A stretch of 64,000 nt of DNA, from the NCBI GenBank assembly GCA_963793865.1, contig CAWCBP010000010.1:1-64000 (forward strand). The letters are read 5' to 3'. A program made the translations under genes and the position numbers. The notes under the pieces were generated by a model. It did not search any database. It was given only the letters and a program-made list of their open reading frames with translations, and had not been told where the DNA came from. The first letter of the stretch is position 1; every line of letters begins with the position of its first letter. Shown here piece after piece: positions 53,309 to 64,000 of the stretch. This DNA comes from an uncultured delta proteobacterium. GTDB taxonomy: Bacteria; Desulfobacterota; WTBG01.

Positions 53309-54115
53309 ATGTTCTTGAAAAAAAACTGCACGTCACAACGGTGGAATAGGGTACTGCTTACCTGTTTACTCCTTCTTGGCTGCCTCAGCTCCTGCATCTT
53401 TTTGCCTTCGCTGGCGCCGAAACCGGGGGAAGAAGAAACCCTCTTTCAGAAGATCATCGAACTTTCTGAGGCGCGGGTCTATGAAGAGGCTATCACGGCA
53501 TGCCAGGAATTCCTGGAAAAGTTCCCCAAATCGAAAACGACCGATGTGGTGCTGCTCAGGCTGGGTGAAGCATTTGAGGGTCTCCTGAAACCGGGCTATT
53601 ATCAGCCGGTGGAGGAGGGCATGCCGGCGGAGGAGGCCAAAAAGCAATTCATGAAAAAATACGGCCACTACGAATGCTGGATCGACACACCCTGCGGTGT
53701 GCAATACAACCTGTCTCACTACCGGGAAATGATGGAACGGTTTCCGGAGAGCATGTATGCCGATGAGGGAGAATACCACCTCATCGCCTGGAAATGTGAT
53801 TACAAGGGTTTGCCTGAAGGGCCGCTGGAAGAGATATCGCAGATGGAAAAGGTTCTCCAGAAATACCCGACCACGTCACTGAAGCCGGAGCTTTACTACA
53901 AGATAGGCTACCGCTTTCACGTGCTGCATGAGATCTCTTCCTTTTCACCGCAAAAGAACCTGCGGGACCAGAAAAAAGGGAGAGAGTATAAGGACCAGGC
54001 CCTTTACTTTTACCGGATGTCCCTGAAGCAGCCCGCGCAGTCCAAGTTCTCAAAGAAGGCCTGGGAGGACCTCGGCAAATTGGAGGAAGGAAAAAGAATT
54101 TATATTACAGACTGA
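53309..54115 (+). CDS. TPR/BamD-like lipoprotein
   Basis: Lipobox LSSC, repeated FP.S/YP motifs, AAGGAGG upstream. Confidence 0.7.
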   Translation: MFLKKNCTSQRWNRVLLTCLLLLGCLSSCIFLPSLAPKPGEEETLFQKIIELSEARVYEEAITACQEFLEKFPKSKTTDVVLLRLGEAFEGLLKPGYYQPVEEGMPAEEAKKQFMKKYGHYECWIDTPCGVQYNLSHYREMMERFPESMYADEGEYHLIAWKCDYKGLPEGPLEEISQMEKVLQKYPTTSLKPELYYKIGYRFHVLHEISSFSPQKNLRDQKKGREYKDQALYFYRMSLKQPAQSKFSKKAWEDLGKLEEGKRIYITD

Positions 54116-54132
54116 ACCTGTCTGCCCGGTTC

Positions 54133-54981
54133 CTAGGGTATGAGGGCCAGGGATATGGTCTGGCGGGTGGTGCTTGGTATTTCCTGTTCTCCCATTGGCA
54201 GCGGGGCCGCAATGGACATTTTGAGTTCCATGTCAACCTTGCTTTCCACGATGAAACCTTTTTCCAGGGCAACATAGGTTTTGCCAGTACCGGTACCTGT
54301 TCCCTTCATTTTCATTGAGGGGTCATCAGCGCCCTGAATATTCATGGAAATGGTGTAGTCCATTACCGCGCAGGGGTAACCATTCTTTTCCTCGCGCCTG
54401 GTAAAGGTGTACTTGGATTCCACCACAACCTTCATCTGGGACTCGGGGAGTTCTTCCTTTTGTGTCCAGGTATCACCTGCCTTAAGCTTTTTGTCGGGAA
54501 ATTTCGGATAGAGACAGAAGAGCACGTTATTGATGTCAGGGCTCAAACCCTGGAAGGCGATCATGGACTGGATTCCTTTGGGCTCAATGATCTCGCCATT
54601 TTCTCTCAGCTTCATGAGGGTCTGCTTCCCCACCATCGATGAGCCCATCGCGTTCGGTATCTTCTTGCCCCCTATATTCATCTCCATGTCGTAGGAATCA
54701 CAGGTGATGGTGATTTCGGCAATCCCCCCCTCCACCCGGTCGACCTTCTGGGTAAGGGTCACTTCGGTTTTGTTCGGCAGCTCCATTTTCTTTCCCATGA
54801 ACTCGTAAGCGGTGGCCGAATCCTGGGTAACTTTATACTTGTAGACATCACCCGGCTTGAATTTAAAGCGCAGTTTAAATGACCTTTCCCCGCACCCAAG
54901 CGAGCACACCAGAAAAAGAATTATAAGCCAGCAAACTGACGCCGTTTTTTTCATGGGTGTAACCTCCGTTTCATAAGTCAT
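54133..54981 (-). CDS. Lipoprotein (DUF6263-like beta-rich)
   Basis: Lipobox SLGC, LRFKFKPGD..KY, FP...LKAGDTW. Confidence 0.6.
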   Translation of the reverse strand: MTYETEVTPMKKTASVCWLIILFLVCSLGCGERSFKLRFKFKPGDVYKYKVTQDSATAYEFMGKKMELPNKTEVTLTQKVDRVEGGIAEITITCDSYDMEMNIGGKKIPNAMGSSMVGKQTLMKLRENGEIIEPKGIQSMIAFQGLSPDINNVLFCLYPKFPDKKLKAGDTWTQKEELPESQMKVVVESKYTFTRREEKNGYPCAVMDYTISMNIQGADDPSMKMKGTGTGTGKTYVALEKGFIVESKVDMELKMSIAAPLPMGEQEIPSTTRQTISLALIP

Positions 54982-55547
54982 GTTCCCCTGCGGTTGTAAA
55001 GGTTCATTGCCGCCTGAAGGCCGGCTCTCAGGAGTAATTCGAGGGCTTCCTGCGCGTTGGCGATTACCTCGCCAAGCAGTTGCTTCTCGGCATGGTCGAA
55101 GGGCTGCAAAACATAGTCCGCCGCATCCATTCCCCCGGGCGGTCTCCCAATGCCGACTTTCACCCTGGGGAAATCGCCGCTCCCAGTGGCACGCATGATG
55201 GACTGAATGCCCTTGTGGCCCCCGTTTCCTCCTTTTTCCTTGATCTTGATTCTGCCGAAGGGGAGATCTAAATCGTCGTGGATTACTATCAGCTGGTTCG
55301 CCGTGAGAGAGAATGGCGCAAGAAACAGTTTTACGGCATCGCCGCTTAAGTTCATGTAGGTGCGGGGCCTGGCGAGAATTACGGGGTGACCTTCAATTTT
55401 CCCCCGGCCCCAAGAACTCTTGTATTTCCTTTCCTGCAGGTGGATGTCATGGGCCCTGGCCAGCCGGTTCACAACCAGGAAACCGATGTTATGCCTGCTC
55501 GCCTCATATTCCTTACCCGGGTTTCCGAGACCCACAATAAGTTCCAC
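54978..55547 (-). CDS. pth: Peptidyl-tRNA hydrolase
   Basis: LIVGLGNPG..Y...RHNIGF, TYMNLSG, HDDLDLP, GGH.G. Confidence 0.95.
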   Translation of the reverse strand: MELIVGLGNPGKEYEASRHNIGFLVVNRLARAHDIHLQERKYKSSWGRGKIEGHPVILARPRTYMNLSGDAVKLFLAPFSLTANQLIVIHDDLDLPFGRIKIKEKGGNGGHKGIQSIMRATGSGDFPRVKVGIGRPPGGMDAADYVLQPFDHAEKQLLGEVIANAQEALELLLRAGLQAAMNLYNRRGT

Positions 55548-55568
55548 ACCTGCACCCGGTCAATGGGC

Positions 55569-56270
55569 TTACTTTTTGCCGCCCTCGTCCTTCTCGGACT
55601 TTTTCTCCTTTTCCTCAGCCGGCTTCTTTTCTTCCGCTGCCGCCTCGCCCGCCGCCGCTGCCGCCGCTTCAGGCGCCGCTTCCTTGGCGACCTCTTTCTC
55701 AACAGTAGGCGCAAGCACGGTTGCGATGGTGGTGTCCAGGTCGTCAAAAATCTTTATGCCCGTCGGCAGCTGCATGTCCTTGAGGTGAACCGAATCACCG
55801 ATGACAAGGGCGCTGACATCCGCTTCCAGGCTGTCGGGAATCTGGGAAGGAAGGCACCTGATGCTGAGCTCTCTTTTTACCTGCTGCAGCACTCCGCCCA
55901 CCAGGACCCCCGCGGGAGTGCCTGTCAGCCGGACCGGTATCGACAGGGTTACCTCCTCGTCCATGGCGACTTCGAAGAAATCCACATGCAGGAAGTAGCG
56001 CTGCACCGGATCAACCTGGATTTCCTTGATCATGACCGTCTTTTCCGCCGGCTCTCCGTTGCCTTCAATGGACAGGAGAAAGAGCTTGCGCTCGCTTTTG
56101 CCGGCTCCCAGGAGGTCCTGCAGCTGTTTTAAGTCTACGGTGAGGGGAATGGCAGCGCTTTTGTGGCCATACACAACTGCCGGCAGCATTTCCTTGCCTC
56201 GCAATCTTCTTGCCACGCCCTTCCCGGTTGCAGTGCGCGTGTTTGCTGTTAGTTTTGCCTGTTCTGCCAT
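55569..56270 (-). CDS. rplY: 50S ribosomal protein L25/Ctc
   Basis: GKGVARRLR...PAVVYG, HVDF, GG.L; located between prs and pth. Confidence 0.95.
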   Translation of the reverse strand: MAEQAKLTANTRTATGKGVARRLRGKEMLPAVVYGHKSAAIPLTVDLKQLQDLLGAGKSERKLFLLSIEGNGEPAEKTVMIKEIQVDPVQRYFLHVDFFEVAMDEEVTLSIPVRLTGTPAGVLVGGVLQQVKRELSIRCLPSQIPDSLEADVSALVIGDSVHLKDMQLPTGIKIFDDLDTTIATVLAPTVEKEVAKEAAPEAAAAAAGEAAAEEKKPAEEKEKKSEKDEGGKK

Positions 56271-56303
56271 GGATACTCCTTACGAAAAACAGTGTGGAAT
56301 TGT

Positions 56304-57245
56304 TTATACAAAGAGCGAGCTGACCGAGTCATTATTATGGATACGCTTGATAGCTTCGCCCAGCAGGTTCGCGATTGAGAGAACTGCTATTTTCTTACAG
56401 GATTGCGACTCCGGCTTGAGGGGAATGGTATCGGATACCACCACCTTTTCCAAAGCCGACTGGTTGATCTTCTCCAGCGCGTGTCCTGAAAGCACCGCGT
56501 GGGTGCAGCAGGCGGCAACCTTTTTTGCCCCCGCCTGAACCAGGGCATCGGCTGCCTGGGTCAGCGTGCCGGCGGTATCAACCATGTCGTCGAGCAGAAG
56601 CGCCGTCTTGCCCTTGATGTCGCCAATGATGTTCATCACCGTGGATTCGTTGGGCTGAGCCCTTCTCTTGTCAATGATAGCGAGGCTGGCGCCGAGCCTT
56701 TTGCCAAAGGCGCGCGCCCGTTCCACCCCGCCCGCATCAGGGGAGACAATCACCAGGTCGTTGACATATTCCTGTTTAATAAAATCCATCATAATCGGAG
56801 CCGCGTAGAGGTGATCCACCGGTATGTTGAAGAAACCCTGTATCTGGCCCGCGTGCAGGTCTATGGTAAGGAGCCTGTTGGCCCCCGCCGTGGTGATGAG
56901 GTCGGCGACCAGCTTGGCGGTGATGGGTACCCTCGGAGCGACCTTCCTGTCCTGCCGCGCGTAACCGTAGTAGGGTAAGACGGCCGTGATTCTCTCAGCT
57001 GACGCCCTTTTTATGGCATCCATCATGATCAGCAGTTCCATCAGGTAGGAGTTGACGGGTGTGCAGGTTGACTGCACCACGAAAACATCCATGCCCCGCA
57101 CATTTTCTCCAATCTCGACCTGAATTTCGCCGTCACTGAAATTTTTTACATGTGCCCTGCCCAGAGGAATGTTGAGGTCCGTGCAAATTTTTTCAGCCAG
57201 GGGAATATTGGAATTGCCCGACAGTATCTTGATATTTTTTAGCAC
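56304..57245 (-). CDS. prs: Ribose-phosphate pyrophosphokinase
   Basis: [49 protein letters not shown]. Confidence 0.97.
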   Translation of the reverse strand: MLKNIKILSGNSNIPLAEKICTDLNIPLGRAHVKNFSDGEIQVEIGENVRGMDVFVVQSTCTPVNSYLMELLIMMDAIKRASAERITAVLPYYGYARQDRKVAPRVPITAKLVADLITTAGANRLLTIDLHAGQIQGFFNIPVDHLYAAPIMMDFIKQEYVNDLVIVSPDAGGVERARAFGKRLGASLAIIDKRRAQPNESTVMNIIGDIKGKTALLLDDMVDTAGTLTQAADALVQAGAKKVAACCTHAVLSGHALEKINQSALEKVVVSDTIPLKPESQSCKKIAVLSIANLLGEAIKRIHNNDSVSSLFV

Positions 57246-57420
57246 CCGTATTCCTTGTATTCTAAAGAAATTAGTAGGTTATGGCACGTGAAATCAGTGC
57301 ATGCTTATATACAAATTTTGTTTTTATGTCAATAGTAATATCATGACTGCTTCCCTGCCGGGCGGAAGCGGGCCTATTGCGGGCAGGCGCAAAGGAAAAA
57401 GTAAGCGGCGCGATAAAATC

Positions 57421-57495
57421 TGGCTGGGGTGGGAGGATTCGAACCTCCGAATGTAGGATCCAAAATCCTATGACTTGCCGCTTGTCGACACCCCA
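57421..57495 (-). tRNA. tRNA-Gln (anticodon TTG)
   Basis: Cloverleaf with TAGGA-TT-TTG-GA-TCCTA anticodon arm, GGTTCGAATCC and CCA end; canonical ispE-tRNA-Gln-prs position. Confidence 0.95.
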
Positions 57496-57592
57496 ACCGT
57501 ACTGACAGGAAAAAAGAAATGCGTTCCACAAGCCTGCCGTGGAACATTATTATGACCAACCGAAAATGGCAATGGCTTGCAATGGTGATATG

Positions 57593-58438
57593 CTATATTC
57601 CGCAGCAAACGGAGGTTTGCCATGCCGGGGGCATATCCAATTGCCCCAGTGCCAGCCTGGCTTTTTCTTCACTGGCAAATAAGCCGAAGACCGTCGAGCC
57701 GCTGCCGGACATCAGGCATCCGAGCGCGCCTTTGTTCCTGAGCGCGTCTTTTATGTCCTGTAAAAGCGGGAAGCGGGGCAGGACCACCTTCTCTAAGTCA
57801 TTATAAAGAATAGCGATAATTTCAGAGATCGTTTTTATGCACGATGGGATAGTAATATTAACGGCCCCGTTTGTCAATCCTCTTGTCACATTTTGATATG
57901 CCCAGGCCGTTGAGATTTGCACGTCAGGGGTCACCAGGAGATACCAGAGCTTTGGCTGTATGGAAACGGCCTGAAGCTTATCACCGATGCCCGTGCCTAT
58001 GGCACTGCTGCCAAAAAGGAAGAACGGGACATCGGCCCCGAGGTCTCGAGCCATGGGCATGAGATCCCCGTTGCTCAATCCCAGACCGAAAAGCTGATTG
58101 ATACCCGCAAGCGTGGAGGCCGCATTGCTGCTTCCCCCGCCGAGCCCCGCCGCCACCGGTATGCGCTTCTTAATGGCAATTCTGATGCCGTCCTTGATGG
58201 CGTAACGGCTGACCAGCATTTTTGCAGCTGCATGGGCGAGGTTGCCCTCGTTGATGGGAATTAGGGGATTGTCGCACGCCACCTCGATGCCGCTTTTGAT
58301 GCGGTCAAGGGTCACATCATCGCCAAGGCTTATTTTCTGGAAGACAGTTCTTATATCATGGTAGCCGTCAGCGCGCTTGCGGAGGACGTCAAGGCGCAGG
58401 TTAACCTTGGCGGGTGAAAAGAGTTGGAGGTGGTTCAT
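57593..58438 (-). CDS. ispE: 4-diphosphocytidyl-2-C-methyl-D-erythritol kinase
   Basis: PAKVNL.L, DGYH, IPVAAGLGGGSSNAA, GADVPFF, MSGSGS. Confidence 0.95.
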   Translation of the reverse strand: MNHLQLFSPAKVNLRLDVLRKRADGYHDIRTVFQKISLGDDVTLDRIKSGIEVACDNPLIPINEGNLAHAAAKMLVSRYAIKDGIRIAIKKRIPVAAGLGGGSSNAASTLAGINQLFGLGLSNGDLMPMARDLGADVPFFLFGSSAIGTGIGDKLQAVSIQPKLWYLLVTPDVQISTAWAYQNVTRGLTNGAVNITIPSCIKTISEIIAILYNDLEKVVLPRFPLLQDIKDALRNKGALGCLMSGSGSTVFGLFASEEKARLALGQLDMPPAWQTSVCCGI

Positions 58439-58666
58439 AGAGAAGTTGACAGTTTACAGAAAAAACAGGGTTCAGGATACAGGGTACAGGGTCAAAAACA
58501 GGATCAGGGTTCAGCAAACAGGGTGTTAGGGTACAGGGTCAAAAGAGAGTCCACGGTCGACAGTCCATAGTCGAGACAGCAAAAACGGGCTGAAGAGTCC
58601 ACAGCAGGCAGCCTACAGTCGACGGTTAAAAGCTGAGTGTGCTGGTTTGTTTGTGTAAAATTATTG

Positions 58667-58728
58667 GTAGGGGCAGGCCCCTGTGCCTGCCCGGATATAG
58701 TAGGGCAACCACAGGGGGTTGCCCCTAC
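58667..58728. repeat. GTAG-type REP doublet
   Basis: GTAGGGGCAGGCCCCTGTGCCTGCCC...AGGGCAACCACAGGGGGTTGCCCCTAC. Confidence 0.8.
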
Positions 58729-58789
58729 GATTTCTTGTCCCTTTCTTCGTGTGCTTCGTGGTTTCAAATAGATACAAAGCACAGGAAGG

Positions 58790-59011
58790 TTATCTCCTGA
58801 AGAGATAGAACACGAGGGTGAGGATGACGCTGATAATAATACAGGAGGTGAGGGGAAAATAAAAGCTGAAGTTTTCCCTTTGCACAGAAATATCCCCCGG
58901 TAGCCTTCCTATCCAGGGGATTTTCAATCCGGTATTCATGAGTATGCCAATGATAACAAGGAAGATACCCATTATAATGAGCATCTTCCCCATTAACGAA
59001 AAGCCGGGCAT
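58790..59011 (-). CDS. DUF2905 family membrane protein
   Basis: GRLPGDI....ENF.FYFPLTSCIIIS. Confidence 0.85.
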   Translation of the reverse strand: MPGFSLMGKMLIIMGIFLVIIGILMNTGLKIPWIGRLPGDISVQRENFSFYFPLTSCIIISVILTLVFYLFRR

Positions 59012-59074
59012 TATGTTTTCCTTACCTTCTGCAATGATACTTAAGGTATTGCTATTTGCATGTACTCTTTTGTT

Positions 59075-59932
59075 TTAGTTTGTATTTTCTAATACTCCAA
59101 ATGTGTTCGCTACCTGTGCGGAAATACCATCGACAATTACGTTTACTGTTCTTTCAGAGATTTCCGCGTCATCGGCAATTTCAATAGCAACTGTTATTTC
59201 GCTATCAGATATTACTGAAGGATCTCCGACGTCGATACCCCCTCCTGAAAAACTAACGTCAATAGTATTGGCACTCCGGAAATTAGCGTTTGTACAGCCT
59301 ATGGTGACGGTGAGGGTATCGCCTTGTTCTGCTTCAGAAGGAGTAATAGAACCACACGTAAGCTCAGTCGGGAAATTAGCAAAACCCATAAACAAGGCGT
59401 CTGCGCCGAGATAATTACCATATCCCAGGATGGTGCTGAATGTAAAGTTATCAAATGGAGCGGGGGGTGTGTAGTTAAAAGAAATACCCCAGATATGAAT
59501 CTCATATTTTAACTCGTTGCCCTTTGCCTCAATTAATCTGGACATTCCTGTCGATTGGCCTGAGGGTATGGTGGTTGTTGTTTCTGTGGGCGTTGTAGTG
59601 GTAGTCGATGTTTCCTCTTTTTCGACCCAGGCCTGGAACCAGGTCCTGTTGCCTACGTCTGATTCTATCCAGGTCCCGGTAAGTTCACCGTATCGTGTCG
59701 TATAAGCACTGAACACGTCACCCGCTTTAAACTCAAACTGGTCTACATATCTGGGGCGAAAAAGAGTGCTCACCGGGGTCCAGACAAAAACCGCATAGGT
59801 GATGTCAAATACGGAAGAAGGACTTGCCTGATTAGCGGCACTTTTAACCGGGCTGTCCTTTGCGGGGCTGGATGGAGTAGCGATTAAAAGAATGCAGATG
59901 CCAACCAGGAGAAATTTAATTAAATGCTTCAT
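59075..59932 (-). CDS. Secreted hypothetical protein with Thr-rich linker and C-terminal Ig-like domain
   Basis: Signal peptide, TTTTTPTETTTT, ITPS...QGDTLTVTI...F. Confidence 0.6.
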   Translation of the reverse strand: MKHLIKFLLVGICILLIATPSSPAKDSPVKSAANQASPSSVFDITYAVFVWTPVSTLFRPRYVDQFEFKAGDVFSAYTTRYGELTGTWIESDVGNRTWFQAWVEKEETSTTTTTPTETTTTIPSGQSTGMSRLIEAKGNELKYEIHIWGISFNYTPPAPFDNFTFSTILGYGNYLGADALFMGFANFPTELTCGSITPSEAEQGDTLTVTIGCTNANFRSANTIDVSFSGGGIDVGDPSVISDSEITVAIEIADDAEISERTVNVIVDGISAQVANTFGVLENTN

Positions 59933-60009
59933 AAGTGCAGCTCCTATGCTCTAGGTTTTTCTTATATACATAATTCTGAGAATTTCACTCTCCGATATAC
60001 ATAGAGCCG

Positions 60010-60059
60010 GCAGGAGCGGTTTCAAGCCGCGAATACATCGCGCATGAATGCGCTCCTAC
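60010..60059. repeat. Second-type GTAG REP doublet
   Basis: gcaggagcggtttcaagccgcga...tcgcgcatgaatgcgctcctac. Confidence 0.6.
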
Positions 60060-60345
60060 CGAAATCTCCAATATCCTTGGCTGGTTTTTAAAAAGATACG
60101 CCTAAAAAGTCGATGTGACTCTCTATGTCATTGCAGTGCGAATTGTCACTTCATAATAATATCAAGAATTTTTTTATTGGCCAAATCCTACCATTTTTAT
60201 GATTGCAATTCAATTATTCTTTTCGTCACCGGCGCGTATCCGCATAAAGAATATTTTCCTTGACTTTTTTTGGCGGTGATGCAATATACAAACGTACGAT
60301 TAATGCTTTTAATTTAATAATTTATCGTGAAGGCGGCTATTTTTT

Positions 60346-60579
60346 GTGGTTCGGCTGGACAGATTTGACAACCTGGAAAAGGGGGTAAAGGATCTGGTAG
60401 AGCGCTTTGCCCTCCTTCAGAGAGAAAAAGAGAGGCTGGAAAGCAGCTATACTAAAAAGACAGGCGAGCACCAGCTTTCGCAGGAACGCTTGGAGAGGCT
60501 CTACCGGGAGCGGTACCAGATCCGGGCCAAGCTGGATGAATTAATCAAGAAACTTGAAACCCTGGAAGAAGCAGGTTAA
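60346..60579 (+). CDS. ZapB-like coiled-coil cell division protein
   Basis: Short coiled coil directly upstream of zapA. Confidence 0.7.
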   Translation: MVRLDRFDNLEKGVKDLVERFALLQREKERLESSYTKKTGEHQLSQERLERLYRERYQIRAKLDELIKKLETLEEAG

Positions 60580-60596
60580 ACGTAAGGGAAACGAGG

Positions 60597-60872
60597 GTGG
60601 AAAACGTAACCATCACCATACTTGGCAAGGAATACAGCATCAAAAGCGATGTGGAAAAGGAGAGCTTGGACAGAATTGCCGACCACCTGAACAAAAAAGT
60701 AGACGAAATAATGCAAACCTCAAGAACGGCTGCCGCCCATAATGTATTGATTCTGGCAGCAATGAATATAGCTGACGAGTACTTCCGTGAGAAGAATCTT
60801 AACCAGGAGCTCATCAGTTACGTGGAAGGAAAGTCGGAACAGCTCTTGCAGCAAATGAAAACCAGGACATGA
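60597..60872 (+). CDS. zapA: Cell division protein ZapA
   Basis: VTITILGKEYSI, ILAAMNIADE. Confidence 0.9.
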   Translation: MENVTITILGKEYSIKSDVEKESLDRIADHLNKKVDEIMQTSRTAAAHNVLILAAMNIADEYFREKNLNQELISYVEGKSEQLLQQMKTRT

Positions 60873-60888
60873 GGTAATTGGATACGAT

Positions 60889-61070
60889 TTCCCTGCTGTG
60901 CGCGTGATTTAGACTAGTTATTATTTGATCCAACACCTTGAGAAAGGGAACTTTTCCTTGCTGAAGGAAGGCAGGCCCCACAAGCAGCGATGGGGAGTCT
61001 GAAACAGTAATAAGGTACCCACCTTATTGAGAAAGGTTCAAATAATCAGTTTACACGGCACAGCGGGGAA
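60889..61070 (+). ncRNA. ssrS: 6S RNA
   Basis: Closing stem TTCCCTGCTGTG/CACAGCGGGGAA, about 180 nt, conserved position after zapA and before rny. Confidence 0.85.
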
Positions 61071-61590
61071 AAAGACTATATTTTCATGCTGACTTTAATT
61101 TTTATTGTACAGTGTGATTGGATGCAGTTGATGCGGTAGTGAGCAGAGAAAGGGTGTTAGACTTTAAAACGGAAGAGTGCAAAAGTACAAGAAAGCATAA
61201 TGGTGAGCAGCGAAAAACCAAGACTGCAGTACCTTTAGGGGAACTCGACTTGATATTTGCGACGTACATGGAACTGACGAGAGAGTTTTTGCACAAGAAG
61301 GTCTGTTTGCTGCACGCCGGTGTGCAGGCGGGCAGGGTCAGTTACGGTTTTTCTCCCATTGATGGTACGAAGTGGACACATCACAAGCTTTCTTCGCCGC
61401 TATTCAGCACGCAATAGCTCTTAACCGCTTCTTCCGTTTTATTCATCTCAGCATTTCTTTCACCGCTTCACTGCCCGTCTTATCTTTATAATCTCATAAT
61501 CCACCAGTACAGGGTTTGTGCAACAGGAACAGGGGTGCTGTCTGTTCAAGGGGGCCGGCAGACATCCCTTTTAAGGAGGTGAGTCGTACA

Positions 61591-63162
61591 TTGAGTGCAT
61601 TGACTATCATTATAATGATCGGATTAGCGTTAGGTGCGGCAGCTCTCGGAGCCTTCGGCGGCATGTATTTCCGCAAAAAAATGGCGGCATCCAAGGTGGA
61701 AGCGGCGGAAGAAGCTGCCAAAAAAGTCCTGGAACGGGCGCAAAAAGAGGCAGATAATGTCATAAAAGAGGCCCGATTGCAGGCAAAGGAAGATCTCTAC
61801 AAGGCCAAGTCTGATTTCGAAAAAGAAACCAGGGACAGGAGGCTGGAGCTCCATAATCTGGAGAAGAAACATGACCAGCGGGAAGACAGCCTGGCCAAGA
61901 GGGCGGAGCTTCTGAACCAGAAAGAGGCGGGCCTCACCAAGAAAGAGCAAAGCCTGTCGCAGCAGGAAAAGCAGATTGTAGAGAACGAAAGGGTGTTGAA
62001 GACCACGATTGAGCAGCAAAGGATCCAGCTGGAAAGAATCTCCGGCATGTCTTCCGAGGAGGCCAAAAAATCTCTGATGCAGAACATGGAGAGCGAGGCC
62101 AAACACGAGGCGGCCAAGAACATCAGGAAAATTGAAGAGGAGGCACGGGAAACCGCTGACAAAATGGCCAGGAACATCCTGGCGCTGGCAATCCAGCGAT
62201 ACTCTGCCGACTATGTCGCTGAAAAGACCGTTTCGGTTGTCAATCTGCCTAATGAAGAGATGAAGGGAAGAATTATAGGAAGGGAAGGAAGAAACATCCG
62301 CTCCATAGAGGCGGTTACCGGTGTGGATCTCATCATCGATGATACGCCCGAGGCGGTGGTGCTTTCCGGCTTTGATCCCATACGGAGAGAAATAGCCCGG
62401 GTTTCGCTGGAGCGGCTGATAGAGGACGGGCGCATACACCCTGCCCGGATAGAGGAGATAGTTGAAAAGGCGAAAAAGGAGATGGAGGTTACCATCAAGG
62501 AAGCGGGTGAGCGGGCGACCTTTGACACGGGCATCCACAGCGTCAACCATGAGCTGGTGAAGCTTTTGGGCAAGCTCAAGTTCCGGACCAGCTATGACCA
62601 GAACGTGCTGCAGCATTCGCTGGAGGTGGCCTCATTTTGCGGCATTATTGCCTCTGAGCTGGGGGTCAATGTCAAGAAGGCGAAGCGCGCGGGGCTGCTG
62701 CACGATATCGGTAAGGCGGTGGATCACGAGGTGGAAGGCTCCCATGCCACCATCGGCGCTGACCTGGCAAAGAAGTACGGAGAGGACGATGAAATTGTTC
62801 ACGCTCTGGCCGCCCATCATGATGACGAGAAGCCGCAGACCGTCATCGCCATACTGGTGCAGGTTGCGGACGCCCTGTCCGCCGCTCGGCCCGGCGCCCG
62901 GCGGGAGATGCTGGAAACCTATGTGAAGCACCTGAAGGACCTTGAGGAAATCGCGTCGTCCTTCCCGGGCGTGTTGAAATCGTACGCCGTGCAGGCGGGC
63001 CGCGAGATACGAATCATCGTGGAGGGTAAGGAGATCTCCGATGATGACTCGGTTGTGCTTTCCAAGGATATCGCGAGGAAAATAGAGAGCAACTTAAGCT
63101 ATCCCGGGCAGATCAAGGTGACGGTGATCCGCGAAACGCGGGCCGTCGATTTCGCGCGATAA
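61591..63162 (+). CDS. rny: Ribonuclease Y
   Basis: TM anchor, coiled coil, KH ([14 protein letters not shown]), HD (GLLHDIGK), [11 protein letters not shown] start after AAGGAGGTG. Confidence 0.97.
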   Translation: MSALTIIIMIGLALGAAALGAFGGMYFRKKMAASKVEAAEEAAKKVLERAQKEADNVIKEARLQAKEDLYKAKSDFEKETRDRRLELHNLEKKHDQREDSLAKRAELLNQKEAGLTKKEQSLSQQEKQIVENERVLKTTIEQQRIQLERISGMSSEEAKKSLMQNMESEAKHEAAKNIRKIEEEARETADKMARNILALAIQRYSADYVAEKTVSVVNLPNEEMKGRIIGREGRNIRSIEAVTGVDLIIDDTPEAVVLSGFDPIRREIARVSLERLIEDGRIHPARIEEIVEKAKKEMEVTIKEAGERATFDTGIHSVNHELVKLLGKLKFRTSYDQNVLQHSLEVASFCGIIASELGVNVKKAKRAGLLHDIGKAVDHEVEGSHATIGADLAKKYGEDDEIVHALAAHHDDEKPQTVIAILVQVADALSAARPGARREMLETYVKHLKDLEEIASSFPGVLKSYAVQAGREIRIIVEGKEISDDDSVVLSKDIARKIESNLSYPGQIKVTVIRETRAVDFAR

Positions 63163-63199
63163 CCATTTCACCCCTGCATCCGGTTCCGGGCAGAACGCA

Positions 63200-64000
63200 A
63201 TGGAAAACGTTTTTGACATACTTTCAGGGCGCGGGTTTATCGAGCAGTCTACCGATGAGCATGCCTTGCGACGGCAGCTTTCCCAACCGGCTGCCTGCTA
63301 TGTGGGATTTGATCCCACCGCCTCCACGCTGCACGTGGGACACCTGCTGCCGATCATGGCCCTGATGCACATGCAGAAGGCCGGGCACCGGGTCATCGCC
63401 CTGGTCGGGGGCGGGACGGGAATGATCGGCGACCCGAGCGGCAAGACAAAGATGCGGGAAATTCTCACCAGGGAGCAGATTGAAGGTAATGTCAGGGCAA
63501 TAAAAGTGCAGCTCGCGCGCTACCTCGATTTCGGCGAAGACAGGGCCTTGCTGGTGAATAACGCGGACTGGCTTTGCGGACTTGGATACATTGACTTCCT
63601 GCGCGATATCGGCTGCCATTTCAGCGTCAACCGGATGCTGGCGGCCGAATCGTACAAGGCCCGGATGAAAACCGGCCTCAACTTCATCGAGTTCAATTAC
63701 ATGCTGCTGCAGGCCTATGATTTCCTCCATCTCAACAAGCACTGCCGCTGTGTGATACAGATGGGCGGCAATGATCAGTGGGGAAACATTGTGGCAGGCA
63801 TTGACCTGGTCAGGCGCGTTCTGGGAAATGAAGTCTATGGCATGACCTTCCCCCTGATTGTTACCGCCTCAGGTCACAAGATGGGGAAAACCGAGGAGGG
63901 TGCCGTATGGCTGGATGAATCCGCAACCTCCGCCTACCAGTACTACCAGTACTGGGTTAATGTGGATGACGCGGATGTGGTGAGGTTTCTCAAGCTCTTT
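63200..64000 (+). CDS. tyrS: Tyrosyl-tRNA synthetase (partial, runs off the window)
   Basis: [40 protein letters not shown]. Confidence 0.95.
   Translation, partial: MENVFDILSGRGFIEQSTDEHALRRQLSQPAACYVGFDPTASTLHVGHLLPIMALMHMQKAGHRVIALVGGGTGMIGDPSGKTKMREILTREQIEGNVRAIKVQLARYLDFGEDRALLVNNADWLCGLGYIDFLRDIGCHFSVNRMLAAESYKARMKTGLNFIEFNYMLLQAYDFLHLNKHCRCVIQMGGNDQWGNIVAGIDLVRRVLGNEVYGMTFPLIVTASGHKMGKTEEGAVWLDESATSAYQYYQYWVNVDDADVVRFLKLF

Noticed and set aside
14812..58763. CACGAAG repeats as a CRISPR or guide-RNA array
   Set aside because: No constant 23-47-nt repeat with regular unique spacers; copies are dispersed, paired in inverted orientation, and no cas genes are present.

Overview
Chromosomal window from an anaerobic Desulfobacterota/Syntrophales-like bacterium (inferred from gene content). 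Many genes are split by single-base indels that look like long-read consensus errors. Left to right: (1) a minus-strand, AT-rich Wzx/Wzy exopolysaccharide cluster (glycosyltransferase, wzy, wzx, CapA-like, heparinase II/III, two PaaK/CapK-like ligases, FemAB-type GNAT, wecB, priming transferase, tyrosine kinase, Wzz/GumC, two Wza, ExeA-LysM-SPOR ATPase), interrupted by a GxxExxY gene and two toxin-antitoxin pairs; (2) a GC-rich energy block: NuoE / NuoF-GltD / Sec-FdhA, then MvhD / FdhB-like / Sec-FdhA / Sec-HdrA / HdrC / HdrB, then EtfBA with a membrane Fe-S oxidoreductase; (3) a GlrK-lipoprotein-GlrR-like sigma54 system and a divergent FN3/repeat protein; (4) housekeeping genes ssrA, smpB, pth, rplY, prs, tRNA-Gln, ispE, zapB/zapA, 6S RNA, rny and tyrS. 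The most striking unexplained signal is intergenic. At least 10 palindromic elements are bounded by inverted arrays of CACGAAG/CTTCGTG heptamers. One carries a full GxxExxY gene, others keep its decayed 3' end next to a covarying hairpin, and matched direct-repeat pairs of them flank each TA module. They are nested inside other 7-8-nt repeat families and alongside a 27-bp-TIR MITE and GTAG REPs. This is a candidate GxxExxY-associated mobile or cassette system.
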